The notes under the pieces are model-generated. The model did no database searches. It was not told the DNA's origin and saw nothing but the letters and a program-made list of their open reading frames with translations. Below are positions 14,201 to 28,891 of a stretch of 64,000 nt of DNA, piece after piece. Both the position numbers and the translations under genes were made by a program. How positions within the stretch are numbered: the first letter of the stretch is position 1; each line of letters starts with the position of its first letter. The DNA is taken from NCBI RefSeq assembly GCF_009914755.1, contig NC_060946.1; one strand, given 5' to 3'. This DNA comes from the human T2T-CHM13v2.0 reference genome, Homo sapiens.

Positions 14201-15766
14201 GAGAGAGAAGAAAAGAAATATTTATTGAATGAGGGAAATAGTCTTTCTAACACCCTGGAGGGGAAGGGGGGACAAGGGGACAGCTGGCTACCCAATTTGG
14301 GCACTTTGAGTCTGCTGACAATTGGATCCCAGGAAGCAGGTAGATACCCAGAGCAGAGAGGAGAAGCTACAAACTTTGAAGAATAGCCTAGTAACTTAGC
14401 ACACACTCTGGAATCTAGTCTTTTCAGTTTAAGCCCTGGTTTCAGCTATTTAAGGGCAATGGTAGTACCGGCCCCATGTGCTTTTTGTGAGGATACACTA
14501 AGATCTACAGCACAGAGCATGGGATATTGTACCCACTCTACTATTGGTTACCTTTTATTGTATTGTTTGAGTGTGAGTCCAACCTGGGTTTGTCTTCTGG
14601 TTTGGTCACAGATTGCTCTGTTGCGTCTAAGGCCTTTGGGCTCCAACCCCAACCTCAAACACCTACCCAGGGCTAGCAGTTTATGTGTCTCTTCTCATTT
14701 GACCCTCATTACATGCCATGAGGTTGATGTTATTGGTGCTGGTTACGGTGGAGGAAACAGATGCTCAGAAATGCCCAAGTGACTTGCCCATGTGAGAAGT
14801 ATCAAAATTTTAAGGTAAGTCCTTTTTGCTATCCAAGGCCCATTGCCTCAGCCTGCCTTGCCCCGAATCACACTTGGCTGAACCAAGGCTAGAACCTAGG
14901 TCCTCAGGACCTCCAAATAGTGTTATTTTCACTGCCCAGTGAATAGCAGTGTTGGGATTCTCACTGATCACCACCACTGTGCTAACTGGCTGGAGGAAAC
15001 TGAGGACCAGAGTCCATAAACCCGGCCTTGTGGCCTCAAAGCCCGTGGCCTTCCCACCCCACAGGTGGCACTTTGGCAGCTCTCAGTACAAGGAAACTGT
15101 TGTTATTATTATTAGGCATTGCCTGACTTGGCGCCCAGGCCTAAAAAGAACTCAGCATGATTGGAAGACCCAGAGCTCAGAAGCCCTCTCCCAAGGGCTC
15201 CTCTTAACTGCCAGTGGGGACATTGCTCTTGCCTCTACCCCCACCTCTCTGCAACTCCTTCCCCTGCCGTTGAAATAGCTCTGTGGCCCCAGAGAAAGGG
15301 GAGGAAACAGTCCCTTAGTACACACGTTCACATCCAGGTTCTTGGGGGCTTTCCTTTGCCTCCTGGGCTCTCAGAGCTGCAGCTGGAGCCAGACAATCTG
15401 TTTCTCATTAGCTGTACTTTTGCTGTGAAATGAAGTGCTCTTTGAACCTGTGGGAGCAGGAAACCCATTTACACCCTTGAGAAGACAGGGACGTCAGCTT
15501 TGCCAGCACATTCCTTCGGCTCCTTTTATCTCCTGGGTGGAGCTCCCGGTGGTGGGCAGGCAGCTGCTGCTGCCACCTCCCCTGGTGCAGCCATGGGTAA
15601 AGGTGGTCCATGGGGTGGGCACAGAGGAAAGAGGGGATCATGCCTCTCTCTCACTTGGGGTAAAAGAAGCACATTCTGACTGGAGTTATTTGCCCCCTTT
15701 CCCTGCCTCCATCTTGCTCCTGATAACTCCTCTGTCCCAGGTGTCTTCAATAAAACCCCCAGAAAT

Positions 15767-15795
15767 CATCCATCCATCCATCCATCCATCCATCC
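15767..15795. repeat. (CATC)n microsatellite
   Basis: Read directly. Confidence 0.95.
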
Positions 15796-15944
15796 CAAGG
15801 GCAACTTGTGGATCCAGAGATCCAGAAAATGTGAGAACAAAGAGAATCCTTTGATACAACCCATTTCATTCTCCTTTATTTTATCAATGGGCAAATTGAA
15901 GCCCAGAGAGTTAACTTGTTCCAGGACATAGCACACTTTTGAAT

Positions 15945-16945
15945 TCATTTTACAACTATTTATTGAGTGCTTTTTATGTGCCAGATTCCCCCCAGCTCCC
16001 ACTGGTGGTACAGTGTAAATATAGCTGTGAAAACATGCACTTTTCTCAGCCTTCATTATCATTCTAGTGAAGGGGGCAGATGGTAAACAACTGAACAATT
16101 AAGTAAACATGACAATGTCAGATGATAAATCGTCTGAGAAAACAACAGAAGTGTTGAGAAGAGTGAGTGGGAGCAGGGAATGCTTTAGATGGGGTGGTCA
16201 GGGAAGGCTTTCTGAGAAGGGGACATTTGAACTGGAACCTGACTGATGACAAAATGCTGGCTCCAGGAACATCTGAGGGTAAAGCCTTGCAGGCAGGGAA
16301 GTGGCTGGTGCTACACAGTCCTGTGGTAGGAAGGAGCTTGTTTAACTTGCTTAAGAAGCAGAGAGACCAGCATGGCAGGAGCAAATGAGCGAGAGGAAGA
16401 GCGGTGGAAGATGAGGCCAGACGGTTCAATGCATCTCGAAGGGTCTGGAGACCATGTAAAGAGCTTAGTCTTTGTCCATTTGGAAGCCATAGAGGGTTTT
16501 AAGCAGGGAGTTGATGAAGTATTTTCCCAAGCAGATGCCTTTGGTTGTGTCAAGGGGAGGCAGGGGACAACGTACCCACAGGGTGGTGAGTTGGGGTTGC
16601 CTAAGTAGACTAAATAAACAACGATGGTGGCTACCAGCACCTCTCCCTTGACCCTTGATGGTGTACCAAGGTGGAGAAAAGACAGCAGAGTCGGGAAAAA
16701 ATTTGGAGATCGAATCAAAGAGTCCACATAATTTGCACATGGCTCGGATACAGGCTGTGAAGGAAAAAAGGTGAATGGAGGGTTTTAGGTTGAGCAACCT
16801 GGGTCATGCCCCTCACTGAGATAGAGAAGACCAAGGGAAGAGTAGATTTCAAGGGGGAAATCAAGAGTTCTGTTTGGGTGGATTAAATTGGAGATGTCTC
16901 TTACTCGGACAGTGCCAAGGAGTCAGGCGGATAGAAGTCTGGAAT
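15945..16945 (-). mobile_element. L2 fragment
   Basis: Antisense L2 3' end (tatttattgagtgc..tatgtgccag) followed by the gggtggtcagggaaggcttt..ggaagccatagagggttttaagcagg body. Confidence 0.85.
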
Positions 16946-17519
16946 TGGTGGCCGAGGCCAGTTTCCCACGGGGCTCCACCCGTACCCAGATGCCTCACAG
17001 GGGTGGGGAGGAAGTGTTGGCTCTCACAGGGCCATCCACTCTGGACAGCTGACTCAAGGCTGCTAAGAAGTCACTGCCAGTCCCCCAAACCCTATCTCTA
17101 GGCTAGGAAGGTGGCTTTGGAGCTGTCAGCATTCCAGTTGGACCTTCCTTCTGGAGTCCCTCCCTAGTAAAAGCAGATCTAGCTAATAACCCCAGAACCG
17201 AGGGCGGGAGTAGGAGATGTGAAATATGGGAATAATAATAAAAGCCTATGTTACGAGACTGCTTGTCTTGGTCCCGAGCTTCTTCATAAATAATCTTCAC
17301 CTCAAATTGCCTACACACTATGGCAGATCAACAACATGGGTTCAACTAGCTCCATTTCATTGATGAGAAAATGGAGGTTCCAAAGAATTGAGTGACTTTC
17401 CCAAGGTCACGCAGATGATGAATCCAAGACTCAAACCTGAGCCCTCTGAGATCACACCTACTGCGCCCTGCTCAATAGTAAGCCATCTGCCGCCAGAAAG
17501 GTCTTATTTTGAGAGAGCC

Positions 17520-17730
17520 AGCAGCAAGGGCTCTGGAGCCAGATCACCAGGGTTCAACTCCTGACTTGACCACTTGAAGGTAACGTGAGCATGGGCAAAT
17601 TAGTCAACATCACTTGCTTCTGTTTCCCATCTATAAAATGGGGACAGGAAGAGTGTTCACTTCAGAGGATCAACATTTATAAAGTGCTTAGAACAGTGCA
17701 GGAAGGGCTATACATGTGTTGGCTACTACT
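17520..17730 (+). mobile_element. MIR
   Basis: ggctctggagccaga..tgtttcccatctataaaatgggga..aaagtgcttagaacagtgc. Confidence 0.8.
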
Positions 17731-18578
17731 GTGCTCATTACTTTCATATACACTAAACAGAGACGTGGGGACTGCCTAGAATCTGGAGAGAAGATCCAGC
17801 CCTCTCATGTAAGATATGGAGAAACTGAGGCCCAGATAAGGGAATGGAGGCAGCCTCTTAGACAAGTTGGGCCCAAGAATCTGGCTGGTGGAGGAACTCT
17901 CCCTATTCTCTGAAAGTCACCCCAAGCCAGACTATTTTCAGGAGATGAACTTCCAAGCTCGATATACCCTTAATTCATGTGGAATTTCAGCTCTGGGCTC
18001 GGCTCCCAGGAGGAGCCCCTCCACCCCTTTATGAAAATAGAGCGGAGTCATTCGGCAAAACCTCAAGCTAATGCTTTTAAGGAACTGGCAGGTTGAAACA
18101 GGAAACTGTTCTAAGTAGAAACCACAGAAACAGCACATGCTTGCCGCTGCCGGCTGCCGCCTGGATCCTTGCCGGAGGCCCCAGGGATAGGGGAGCTGTA
18201 GGCCGTGCCACGTGAGGGGGCCTCAGGAACCTAGCCCTGGTGCTGCTGACCGTACGTGGCCATGTGACAGCAAATGCCACGTCTTGTGGGCATATTTAAA
18301 GGTCAAAGCAAGGTGGGGTGGTAACCAACAGGCTACCAGCATTAGACACACAGAAAGCTAGTGTCGGAGCAAACCTGCTCCTTTCTATGCAAGCCCCTCA
18401 TGTTGTATCTGTTAAAACTGAGGCCCAGAGAGGGGAAGAAACTAGTCCAAGTCATCCAGCAAGGAGTGGTGAAGCAGGATAGGAAATCTAGACTTTCTAG
18501 CACCTAAGCCAATGCTATTTAACAACAGTCAGTGCATTTCCTGCCTTCCATCCATTCACCTCTTCCAATATAGGGTAC

Positions 18579-18708
18579 TTTTCTGTTTTGTTTTGTTTTG
18601 TTTTGTTTTGTTTTAGAGATAGGGTCTTGCTACGTTGCCCAGGGTGGCCTCAAACTCCTGGGCTCAAGTGAGCCTCCTACCTCAGCTTCCCATGTATCTG
18701 GGACTACA
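18579..18708 (-). mobile_element. FLAM/Alu monomer with (TTTTG)n tail
   Basis: Single Alu monomer; flanked by agggta(c/a)tttt direct repeat. Confidence 0.88.
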
Positions 18709-18724
18709 GAAGGGTAATTTTGTA

Positions 18725-18965
18725 AGAGCATAAATTCCAGGTCAGAAGACCAGAGTTCAACAAAGACTCTGCCTATTCCCAGCTGAGTGATCTTAGGCAA
18801 GTTACCTAACCTTTCTGTGCCTCAGTGTCTTCTTCTCCTTTTCCTGTTAATAAAATGAGGGACAGTAACATTACTTATCTAATAGGATTTCTGGAAGGAT
18901 TCAGTGTGATAATCTATATGAACCTCTTCGTATAGTGTCTGACAAATAGTAAGAGCTCAATAAAG
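18725..18965 (+). mobile_element. MIR
   Basis: Well-preserved core ggcaagttacctaacctttctgtgcctcag..ctcaataaa. Confidence 0.85.
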
Positions 18966-19178
18966 TTTTTATTTTTTTCATGTATTAAATGCCCAGTAAG
19001 TGACAGCCACATTGTCACAAAGAGATCAGTCAAGTGTCGGGGACAGAGAGAGTAAATTTTGACATGTCTAGAAATGGCGCAAGAGAGGGAAGGATGCCAT
19101 TAGGACTCTGGCATCCTGAAAAACCTGGCCCCAGGGAGGAGAGGGCTGCTGAGAGGAGTAGGCCAAACACCTCTTCTG

Positions 19179-19573
<395 letters not shown>

Positions 19574-19754
19574 CTACTTTGGAGGATGATCCCAGTAAAG
19601 CATGCCCTGGTTTCCTGGGAGTGGGGACACAATGCACAGGGTCATCCCCACTCCAGAGCTGGAATGCCAACTGAGGCCATAAAACAGGATTTAACTATTT
19701 CTTATGAAACTTGGCACAAACTTTTGCTTTCAGTCTTTAGAACAATTCCCCGTC

Positions 19755-20185
19755 CCTCCACTCCAAAGATGCCTATGTCCTAATTCCCAGAGCCAGTAAA
19801 CAGATCACTTTGCATGCCAAAAGGGACTTTGCTGATGTGATGAAGTGAACGATCTTGAGATGGAGAGATTATCTTGCATTCTACGCGTGGGCTGATGGGT
19901 CCGTGAAATTAGGAGGCAGAAGAGTCAGAGTGAGAGGAGGAGATGTGATGACTGAGGCGGAGGTCAGAGTGACCTGAGGCAGGGGCCATGAGCCAAGGCA
20001 TGCAGGCGGCCTCCAGAGCTGGAAAAGATCAGGAAACAGATCCTCCCCTAGATCCTCCAGAAAGAACCAGCCCTGCTGACCCAGTTTAGACTTCTGACGT
20101 CCAAACAGGAAGATCATAAATTTGTGTTGTTTTAAGCCACTAAGTGTATGGTCATTTGTTATAGCAGCCTCAGGAAGCAAATATG
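19755..20185 (+). mobile_element. MLT1D-like MaLR LTR
   Basis: aaaagggactttgctgatgtga..gccatgagccaaggcatgcaggcggcctc..tttgtgttgttttaagccactaag. Confidence 0.85.
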
Positions 20186-20474
20186 CTTAGTCAATATTTA
20201 GTCTGACGTTGGTCACTGTAGCTCTATTCTCCGCTATGTGTAGTTTGAGTCTTATTTTTTGCATAATCCCCAAAATACGTAAAAGCTCCCCTGAGCATGA
20301 CATACAAGGCCCTGCTTGCTCTGGCTCCTTCCTGGTACATGCCTCCTTTTCATCTTTTTTATCCTAGGACAGGGTCTTGGAGAAAACAGGAATATGTAAG
20401 GTGTGCCATGTGAGGTCTAGTCTTCATATTTCCCATGAAATATTCAATAAAGTCTAGATAATAATAACTAGTAA

Positions 20475-20780
<306 letters not shown>

Positions 20781-21314
20781 CCAGTATAGATTCTTTTGGG
20801 GTACTCAGAGGGGATCCGAACTCTATATCCATATGGGCTTTACAGTGTCATGCCCACAAAATGTGGCATTGTGATCTGGCTGTTGATGACAACAGCTCTC
20901 GTCTCCTATCTCTGCCACTCCCTAGTGCATCTGAATCAGCCTTCATTTTCATGTATGAGAGCTCATGTTTTGCAAGGGGGAGGGTGCTGGGATATGACAT
21001 GGGTTGGAGAAAAGAAGCTTGAACGGGACAAAATGGATCTGGACTTCCCTGGTCTCTTTGTCTGCATTACATCCTCAAAGGCCAGGAGGGCATTAGAGGA
21101 AAAACCTGAAGAAACTATTTAAGGGCAACGGTGACACTCTTGTTTCAGCTGAACTGGCCTCTTAAGTGGTTCCTCAGCCTCCATTCTTACTATCCCACAA
21201 CCCATTCTCAACAAAGCACCCAGAAGATCTTCTACAGATAGAAGACAGAATCATTTGCAGTCCCTTCCCTGTCTAGAACCCTCCAATGCTTGCATTGAAA
21301 CTGGAATGAAGTTT

Positions 21315-22633
21315 TTTTTTTTTTTCCCCAACTGTTACTTTAAGTTCAGGGATACATGTGCAGGATATGCAGCTTCCTTACATACGTGGCCATGGTGGTT
21401 TGCTGCATGGATCATCCCATCACCTAGGTATTAAGCCCAGCATCCATTAGTTATTGTTCCTGCAGCTCTCCCTCCTCCCACCTCCACCCTCCTGCAAGGC
21501 TCAGTGTGTGTTGTTTCCCCCATGTGTCCTTGTGTTCTCATCATTCTGCCCCCACTTATACGTGAGAACATGCGTTATTTGGTTTTCTGTTCCTGCATTA
21601 GTTTGCTGAGGATAATGGCTTACAGCCCCATTCATGTCCCTGCAAAGGACATGATCTCATTCCTTTTAATTGCTGCATATTATTCCATGGTGTATATGTA
21701 CCACATTTTCCTTATCCAGTCTACCATTGATGGGCATTTAGGTTGATTCCATGCCTTTGCCATTGTGAATAGTGCTTTGCTACTGTGAATAGTGCTACAT
21801 ACACATATCTTTATAATAGAATGATTTATATTCCTTGGGGTATACACCCAGTAATGGGGTTGCTGGGTCAAATGGTATTTCTGCCTCCAGGTTTTTGAAG
21901 AATTGCCACACAATGGTTGAACTAATTTATGCTCCTACCAACGGTGTAAAAGTGTTCTTTTCTCCACAACCTCACCAGCATCTTTTGTTTTTTGACTTTT
22001 CAGTAATAGCCATTCTGAGTGGCGTGAGATGGCATCTCATTGTAGTTTGGATTTGCATTTCTCTAATGATCAGTGATGTTGAGCTTTTTTGTGTTTGTTG
22101 GCTGCATGTATGTCTTCTTTTAAGAAGTGTCTGTTCATGTCCTTTGCCCACTTTTTAATGGGGTTGTTCATTTTTCTCGTAAATTTGTTTAAGTATCTTA
22201 TAAATACTAGATGTTAGACCTTTGTCAGATGGATAGATTGCAAGAACTTTCTCCCATTCTGCAGGGAGATACCTGTATACCTACAACCATCCGATCTTTG
22301 ATAAACCTGACCAAACAAGCAATGGGGAAAGGATTCCCTATTTAATAAGTGGTGCTGGGAGAACTGGCTAGCCATATGCAGAAAACTGAAACTGGACCCC
22401 TTCCTTACACCATACACAAAAATCAACTCAAGATGGATTAAAGACTTAAATGTAAAACCCAAAACTATAAAAACCCTAGAAGAAAATCTAGGCAATACCA
22501 TTCAGGACATAGGCACTGACAAAGGTTTCATGATGAAGATGCGAAAAGCAATTGCAACAGAGGCAAACATTGACAAGTGAGATCTAATTAAACCAAAGAG
22601 CTTCTGCACAGCAAAGGAAACTATCATCAGGGT
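21315..22633 (-). mobile_element. L1PA (about PA8A-PA11) 3' fragment with 5' inversion
   Basis: Poly(T) then antisense L1 3' end to ~22265, then sense ORF2 segment to 22633; TSD gaatgaagttt at 21304-21314 and 22634-22644. Confidence 0.95.
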
Positions 22634-22881
22634 GAATGAAGTTTAATTGCCTATTTCTCCAGCTTCATCTCCCATCATGCTCCCCTGTGCTTCCTGTGCT
22701 CCGGCCATACCAGCTGCCTCTGGGCCCAGCCCACATCAGCTCCTTCCTGTCTTAGGGCTTGAGCTCTTGCTCCTCTTTTTAGCTGGAAAGCCCTCCCCTC
22801 CAGACCTCTGCATCTTGGTTACTTCACATGATTTGCATCTCGGCTCAAACATCAGTTTCTCAGAGAGGCTGACCTTGACCA

Positions 22882-23370
22882 TGTATCTCAGTTTGGCTTC
22901 CTGCCAATCAGACACCGAAAGAGACTTGGTATAGGTGGATTATTTGCAAGGCAATCTCAGGGAGCACAAGAGGTTGGGGGAGTCACGAAAGTATGACACA
23001 GATGGGTGTGTTAACAGGATGTGTTACTGAGTTGGTTACCCTTGAGGGAAACTGAGACTCAGTCTTGTTGGAGACCCCTGAGGTATGGTGTGAAACATGC
23101 CTCCAAATTGTCCCACTAAGAGATAGAGGAGTTGAAGTATTTATCCAACAGGCTCTTGCTCTCATGGGTTGAAGGTTGCCCTGGGGGTGCGGTGGGTAGT
23201 CAGTCCCTGTGTGTGGGCAGAGCACACTCCTGTGGCACCAGAGAAAGTCTTCAGAAGGAGAAGAGGAGATGCAGGAAAGCAATGTCTGTCTGCATGCCTG
23301 GGAACTGACCACAGAAGGTGCCAGTGAGCTCAACGGTGGGCCCAGGATACGTGGGGTGGGGTTACCCCAT
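22882..23370. mobile_element. LTR33/LTR16-like ERVL LTR
   Basis: Resembles remembered LTR33 consensus (gaaacatgcctccaaattgtccca..gtatttatcca..ggttgaaggttgccc). Confidence 0.6.
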
Positions 23371-26300
23371 CCTAACTAGTGCTTCTCCAGCCAGACAGTT
23401 TTATTTATTTTCTTTTTAGTTCTGAACTCTGTCTGAAGTTTTTTTACTCATTTATTCAGCTATCCATTTGTTAATTGTCTGTTCCCCCTACCCACAACTA
23501 GACGATCAGCTATACAAGAACAGGGACCTCTCATTCTAGGTCACCATCCTCTTTCCGGGCTTGAGAGCAGTGCATGGCACAAAGCAGATCCTCAATAAAT
23601 ATTAAACGAATGAGTGAGTGAATGAATGAATGTACTACTTCACGGTGTGGGGGCAAAAGCGTGATCCCGATTCAGTGGACAGTTGACTCCATGTGGATGA
23701 TGGACATGGATAAGTTGCAGACAGAGCCAGTGGGAGAGGAAGAAGGGGGCTGATACCCACACATAATTACAGCTGGTCACCTGCTTTGTGGGCAGATGGG
23801 AGGCACCTTCAGGGGATCCTCCAAAGTAACTGGGAACTACAGTGATGGGGACTGAAGTCCCGCTACCACGCATTTAGAAACTTCCAAGCCAGCAGTCACT
23901 GTATTAGTAAGAGTACTGATGTTTGTACAAATACTTCCTCTTTTAATAAATTAGAGTGGGTTCAAGGTTACCCCCATAATGACATCACTCTCACTGACTT
24001 GCAATCTAATCTATTTTCTTGAGTGGGAGAGAAAAGGTTGAATTTACAGCATCCACTTGCTCAGCAGGCATGTGAAGTATGATCCATTTTCACTGTGCTT
24101 CACTAGGGCTTGTGTTGAAGGTCATTGGAATCCCTTCTCTTCCATTCACTTGCTGGGTGACCTTGGGCAAATGATGGTACCACTTTGACCCTCAGTTTCT
24201 ACTTTCTTCATCTACAAAATACGAGTGATAAAACTACCCTATAGGGGCTGTAGTAAACCTTAGTAGTACTTAATAGTGTGCCCTAAACATAGGCAGTCGT
24301 TCATAGATAATGACTGCTTTCTATAATACTACTACTAATGCTCATGAGATGGATGACAATGATAAAGGCTTAGATTTTCATGAGGGCAATGTGCAGACTC
24401 TAGACTATTTCCCTAGATAAGTAATAATTGCCCTTGAGATCAGAGCACATCAGCACTATAGAAGTCACCTAGTCTACCGCCCTTAGACAAGGACATTGGC
24501 TAAGACAAAGAATAACCATTGTAATGGTGGCTACCATTTACTAAATGCACACCTTGAATATATTTCATCCCATTGGCCTGACTAAACCTACTGTGAGGTG
24601 GCTGCATCAGACCATATAATGGTCGGGTACCATTAAGCATGTGCTTTAATTGGTTCCCATCACTTCGACACTCGGCTTACTGAGCAGCCACCTGGGTAAG
24701 CTCTGGCTTCCCATGTGCTTCTGCCTTTAGAATGGGCTAGACACTGCAGATTCCAGGATCTTCCCATTTCAGCTGATTTTCTCATCATGAATCAATAGAC
24801 TGGTATTCTGATCTCCATTTGATTTCCTACATAACTTGATGGGAGAGGATGAGTTGACAGTGTGTTCAAGAGGATTCTGGTCTAAGTGTTACTTAAGGTT
24901 CTCATCTCACTTTTACAGACAATAATATTGTGAGTTTGCTTATCAAGTATCCCGACCTGAATGGTGTACTTCCTCAGGATTTGCTGAAAAATTCAGGTTC
25001 TGGCATCTCTTGAGGCACAGAAACTGTGAGGTAATAAGTGGGTGTTGTCTTGCAATGCTAAATTTGTGATAATTTGTTACGAAGCACACAGAACTAATAC
25101 AGATCTCAAAGCCTTCCGTGTCTTACCTTTACCTACCCAACACATCACTTGCCACTCTCCCTTTTGCCATGTTTTGGTTTCTAGAGTGCCCTCTCTGGTT
25201 GCACATGCTGTATCTCTGCCTGGAGCACATCTGCCACCTCACCTGCAACATTCTGTCACCCTGTATGTGTCACCACAAACGTCACTTTCCAGGATGGCCT
25301 TTCATGACCCCCTGGACAAGGCATGTCACCAGATTGCACGGTCCCAGAGTCCCTGTGCTTTTCTCTCCATGACACTCACCCCAGAGGTGATTGCTTGTCA
25401 CCTGGCTGGCCTATGAGCTCCACAACAGCAGGACATATCTGCCTCATCCACCCAGGCATCCCTAGTGCTCAGCCCAGCTCCTGGCATACAGTAAGTGATC
25501 AATAAATGTATTTTCAGTGAAACAATGACTCCAATGCCACGCAGGGGAAAGAGTCTTGGGTTGAGAGTCAAGAGCTGCCCTTTGGTGTGTGATTTCAGTT
25601 CTCTGGCCATTACGGCTTCAGATGCCATGCCAGGACTGGGATTCAGGACACTTGGGGGTTGGGGGCATCTTTGCACCCAACTTTACTGGGTGACCTAGAA
25701 AAAGTAACTTTTTTTCTGACACCTCCAGCTCCACAATCTATAAATCTGGGATGAAGCTGCCAGCCGCTGTTTCTGGGGAAGCTGATGGAGGACAAGTGAG
25801 GTCATATCCAGGAAGTTCTCTGAAAGATACAGCCTCATAAAAGCCTACGATCAGGCTCTTAGATGCAAGATACAACCCAGGCTCTTGGCTTGGCCAGCAG
25901 TGATGTCAAGGCCAGTGGTGAGGTAACTACCAAGGCTGTGGGGCCTTGCCAGCAAGTGTCATGGAGTGTTGCTCCCCAGCCTGTAGCCCAAAGTCTGTCT
26001 TTATGTCTAAAGTAGATGCAGGATCAAGACCAGGTATAGAGACTTGTGGGCTAAATCCTCCACGGTTAATGACAAAGCCCTTTACAAGGCTTCCAAATGT
26101 TTCTAAATATATCACCAAGAGGCAAGCAATCAGAGGCAGTAGCATGATGTAGTAGAGGCCATATGGTGTGATATTTAGAACTCAAGGCTCTGAAAGCAGG
26201 CCACCTACAATGGAAAACCAGCTTCACTGCTCAACTAGCTGTGAACCAACAATGTCTCTGGGCCTCAGGTTTCTCATGTGTAAAATAGGGATCAATTATA

Positions 26301-28842
26301 AGGCCTATGTGCAATGTTTTGAGGCGACTGAGAAAATGCATGCAAAGAGCTTAACATCGTGATCAGCACAGCAAAAAATGTTTAATGCATGCTCATTATT
26401 ATTGCTTTTATTATTGTGTTGTTTTGTTTGTACTAAGTCCCTGTAGAGATGCAAGCACCTTCACTTGCTTAGTACTAATGGTGAACCTCTGTTTGGGAAG
26501 TATTCCCAATGAGATCTTATTCTCTCATTTGACAGTAAGGCAGGGACCCATTTGTGGCCAAATCATGGTCTTTCTCAAAGCTTCATCCCCAGCACTTAGG
26601 ACAGTGCCCGACACACAGCAAGCCTGCTGAACCAATGGATTTAATCAGATCTACTCAAGAACTCTGGAGGCAGTGGTTGTTATTGGTGTAATTTTCCAAA
26701 CGAAGAAGCAGAGTACCTTCACCATTATTGTGAAGTCAGATTCTCACCTGCTGAACTCCAAATCCAACCCTTTCCACTACCTTCAGCTTCCTGGTGACTC
26801 CCCACACTAACCTAGCTCAGCAAGATGGTGCAGGCAGCAGAGTGAAGTGGTAGGACCATGGGCTCTGGAGCCAGAAGGACAGGTTCAAATCCCAACTCCA
26901 CTGCTTCCCAGCTCTGTGACCATGGATGAGTCATTCAATCTCCCTGGACTTCGTAATTTCATCTGTAAAGTGAGGATTAACAGTGTCTACATATCCTATG
27001 AGGTAAATATTACTGCCTGCTTGACAGATGATGATGTTTCACACAGGTGAGCCCAGTCACTAAAGATCTTAAGGTTCCTGAAGGTGGGAACCATGTTCAT
27101 TTACTTCACCAGATGTACTTAGAACTTACAGATGGAAACCATATTTACTGACCATCCACTAAGTTCCAGGCAATGCACTGGGGGTTTTACATATGCTGTT
27201 TCATTGAATCCTGCAATCAACTTTATAAAGCTATTTCCATAAGTCTTATATTATCCTTTGGAAAAAATCAAAACAAGACAAAAATCTGAGGTTCAGAGAG
27301 GTTAAAAAAATTGTCCAGGTCTTCACAGCTGATAAGTGATTCAAACTCAGGATAGTTAAACTTTAAAGTCATGTCCTTCTCCCCATGCCATGGTATCTTT
27401 CAATAAAGTCTGCCCCTGGAGCACTTGGAGAATTGGCTGATCCCTTTACACAGTGGCTGAGTGTGGGGGGCAAAGGCAATGGAAGGAAGAGGCTCCCAGA
27501 TTTTCAACTCTTGAGAAGTCTAAATCTAATGCCACAAAGCGAAATTTGATTGAAGGGGATCACAGCAGCATCAGCATCGACAGAACTTTATCTTACCCAA
27601 CCAGGATTTGTCAAGGGGTGGGGTGGAAAGAGGACAGCCATATCACACAATTATGATGATGCATAGATATTTCTTGGGCCTAAAATGCTGCTCAAGTCCT
27701 GAGGGGAACAGCATGAATACCTCATTGTACCCATGGAGGAGGAACTAACAAAGACGTCTTATCTTCCAGCTTCCTATTCCAGGATCAGAATTATCTCTGA
27801 CATTCTGGGCTGTTGTGAGTTCTCCTCTGGCTGTCTGAGCCCAGGAGAGTGGTTCCTAGTAGCTGGCTCTTGGTTTCTATCTGATGTCTAACATGGCCGG
27901 CGCCTGGCGGAGCTCAGTCTTTGCCATATCTGTGGCCTCCTTAAGGCAACAGCCTTATCTTATTCATCTCTGTGTTCCAGTGTCTGGCAGAGGGGTTGGT
28001 GTGGAGCCCAAACTCACAAAATGCTGAACCAAGGCCCAAGAGTTTGGCCAAGTACAAATGGCTGAAAGTTCATGTGATGCTCTTGAAGCCCTCAGTGTAG
28101 ACATCTCAGATGGGCCCAGCCAGGATGCTGACTGATAAGAGCTGGGGGGTGGGTTTTGAGGTAATGGGCAGTGGCCTTCATGAGGACACTCTGGACAAGG
28201 AGGGGCATTATAGGATCACAGCGCCACACTTAGTCAAAGCCTGGTGGAGAGGACAGAGATTTACACCAGGGAAACCAAGGACTGGCAATTATTCAAAAGG
28301 ACCAAAAGCCAGGGCTGAGCCAAGCAAAGAGCCAAGACTCTAAAGGAGAGGCAATCTGAGCAAGAAAAGGTCCAGAACTAAACAGACTGTCTAGGGCCAC
28401 TGCTGTCATGGTCTGTGGGTGTATTAAGCAGCTGAGTCTGCTGCTTTAAAGGGCCTGGGGTGGGTGGACAGAGGCAATCCCTCATCTGGTGTCTGAGTGT
28501 CAGCAGCTTGGAGGCCTCTTTGCATGTGGGAGCAATCGGAAAACTTCCTGAGCCCTGATTAGGCTGGTTAACAGTATGAGTGGATACACGCATGCAGGAT
28601 ATATCTTACAGGGTGTTCTTAGCCTATGGGGCCAACAACCTTATCCGCTCTATCATCTTAACCACCACCTTCATCTCCAGGTGCAGGGGGGAGAGAGTAT
28701 GGGCAGCTGCTGTTTTGTACACATCCCCGGCTGCCCCAGCCTTCACGCATGTGACCCGAGGGATGGGGGCAGAGACACTGATCCAAGGTTAACCAGGTCT
28801 CTTCCCTGAGAACTTGGAATGGGTGATGGAGGAGCAGAGAAG

Positions 28843-28854
28843 AGGCAGGCAGGC

Positions 28855-28891
<37 letters not shown>
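28843..28891. repeat. (AGGC)n(AGAC)n tetranucleotide microsatellite
   Basis: Read directly. Confidence 0.97.

Noticed and set aside
24610-24655. Two small adjacent hairpins
   Set aside because: Short bulged stems with no supporting context
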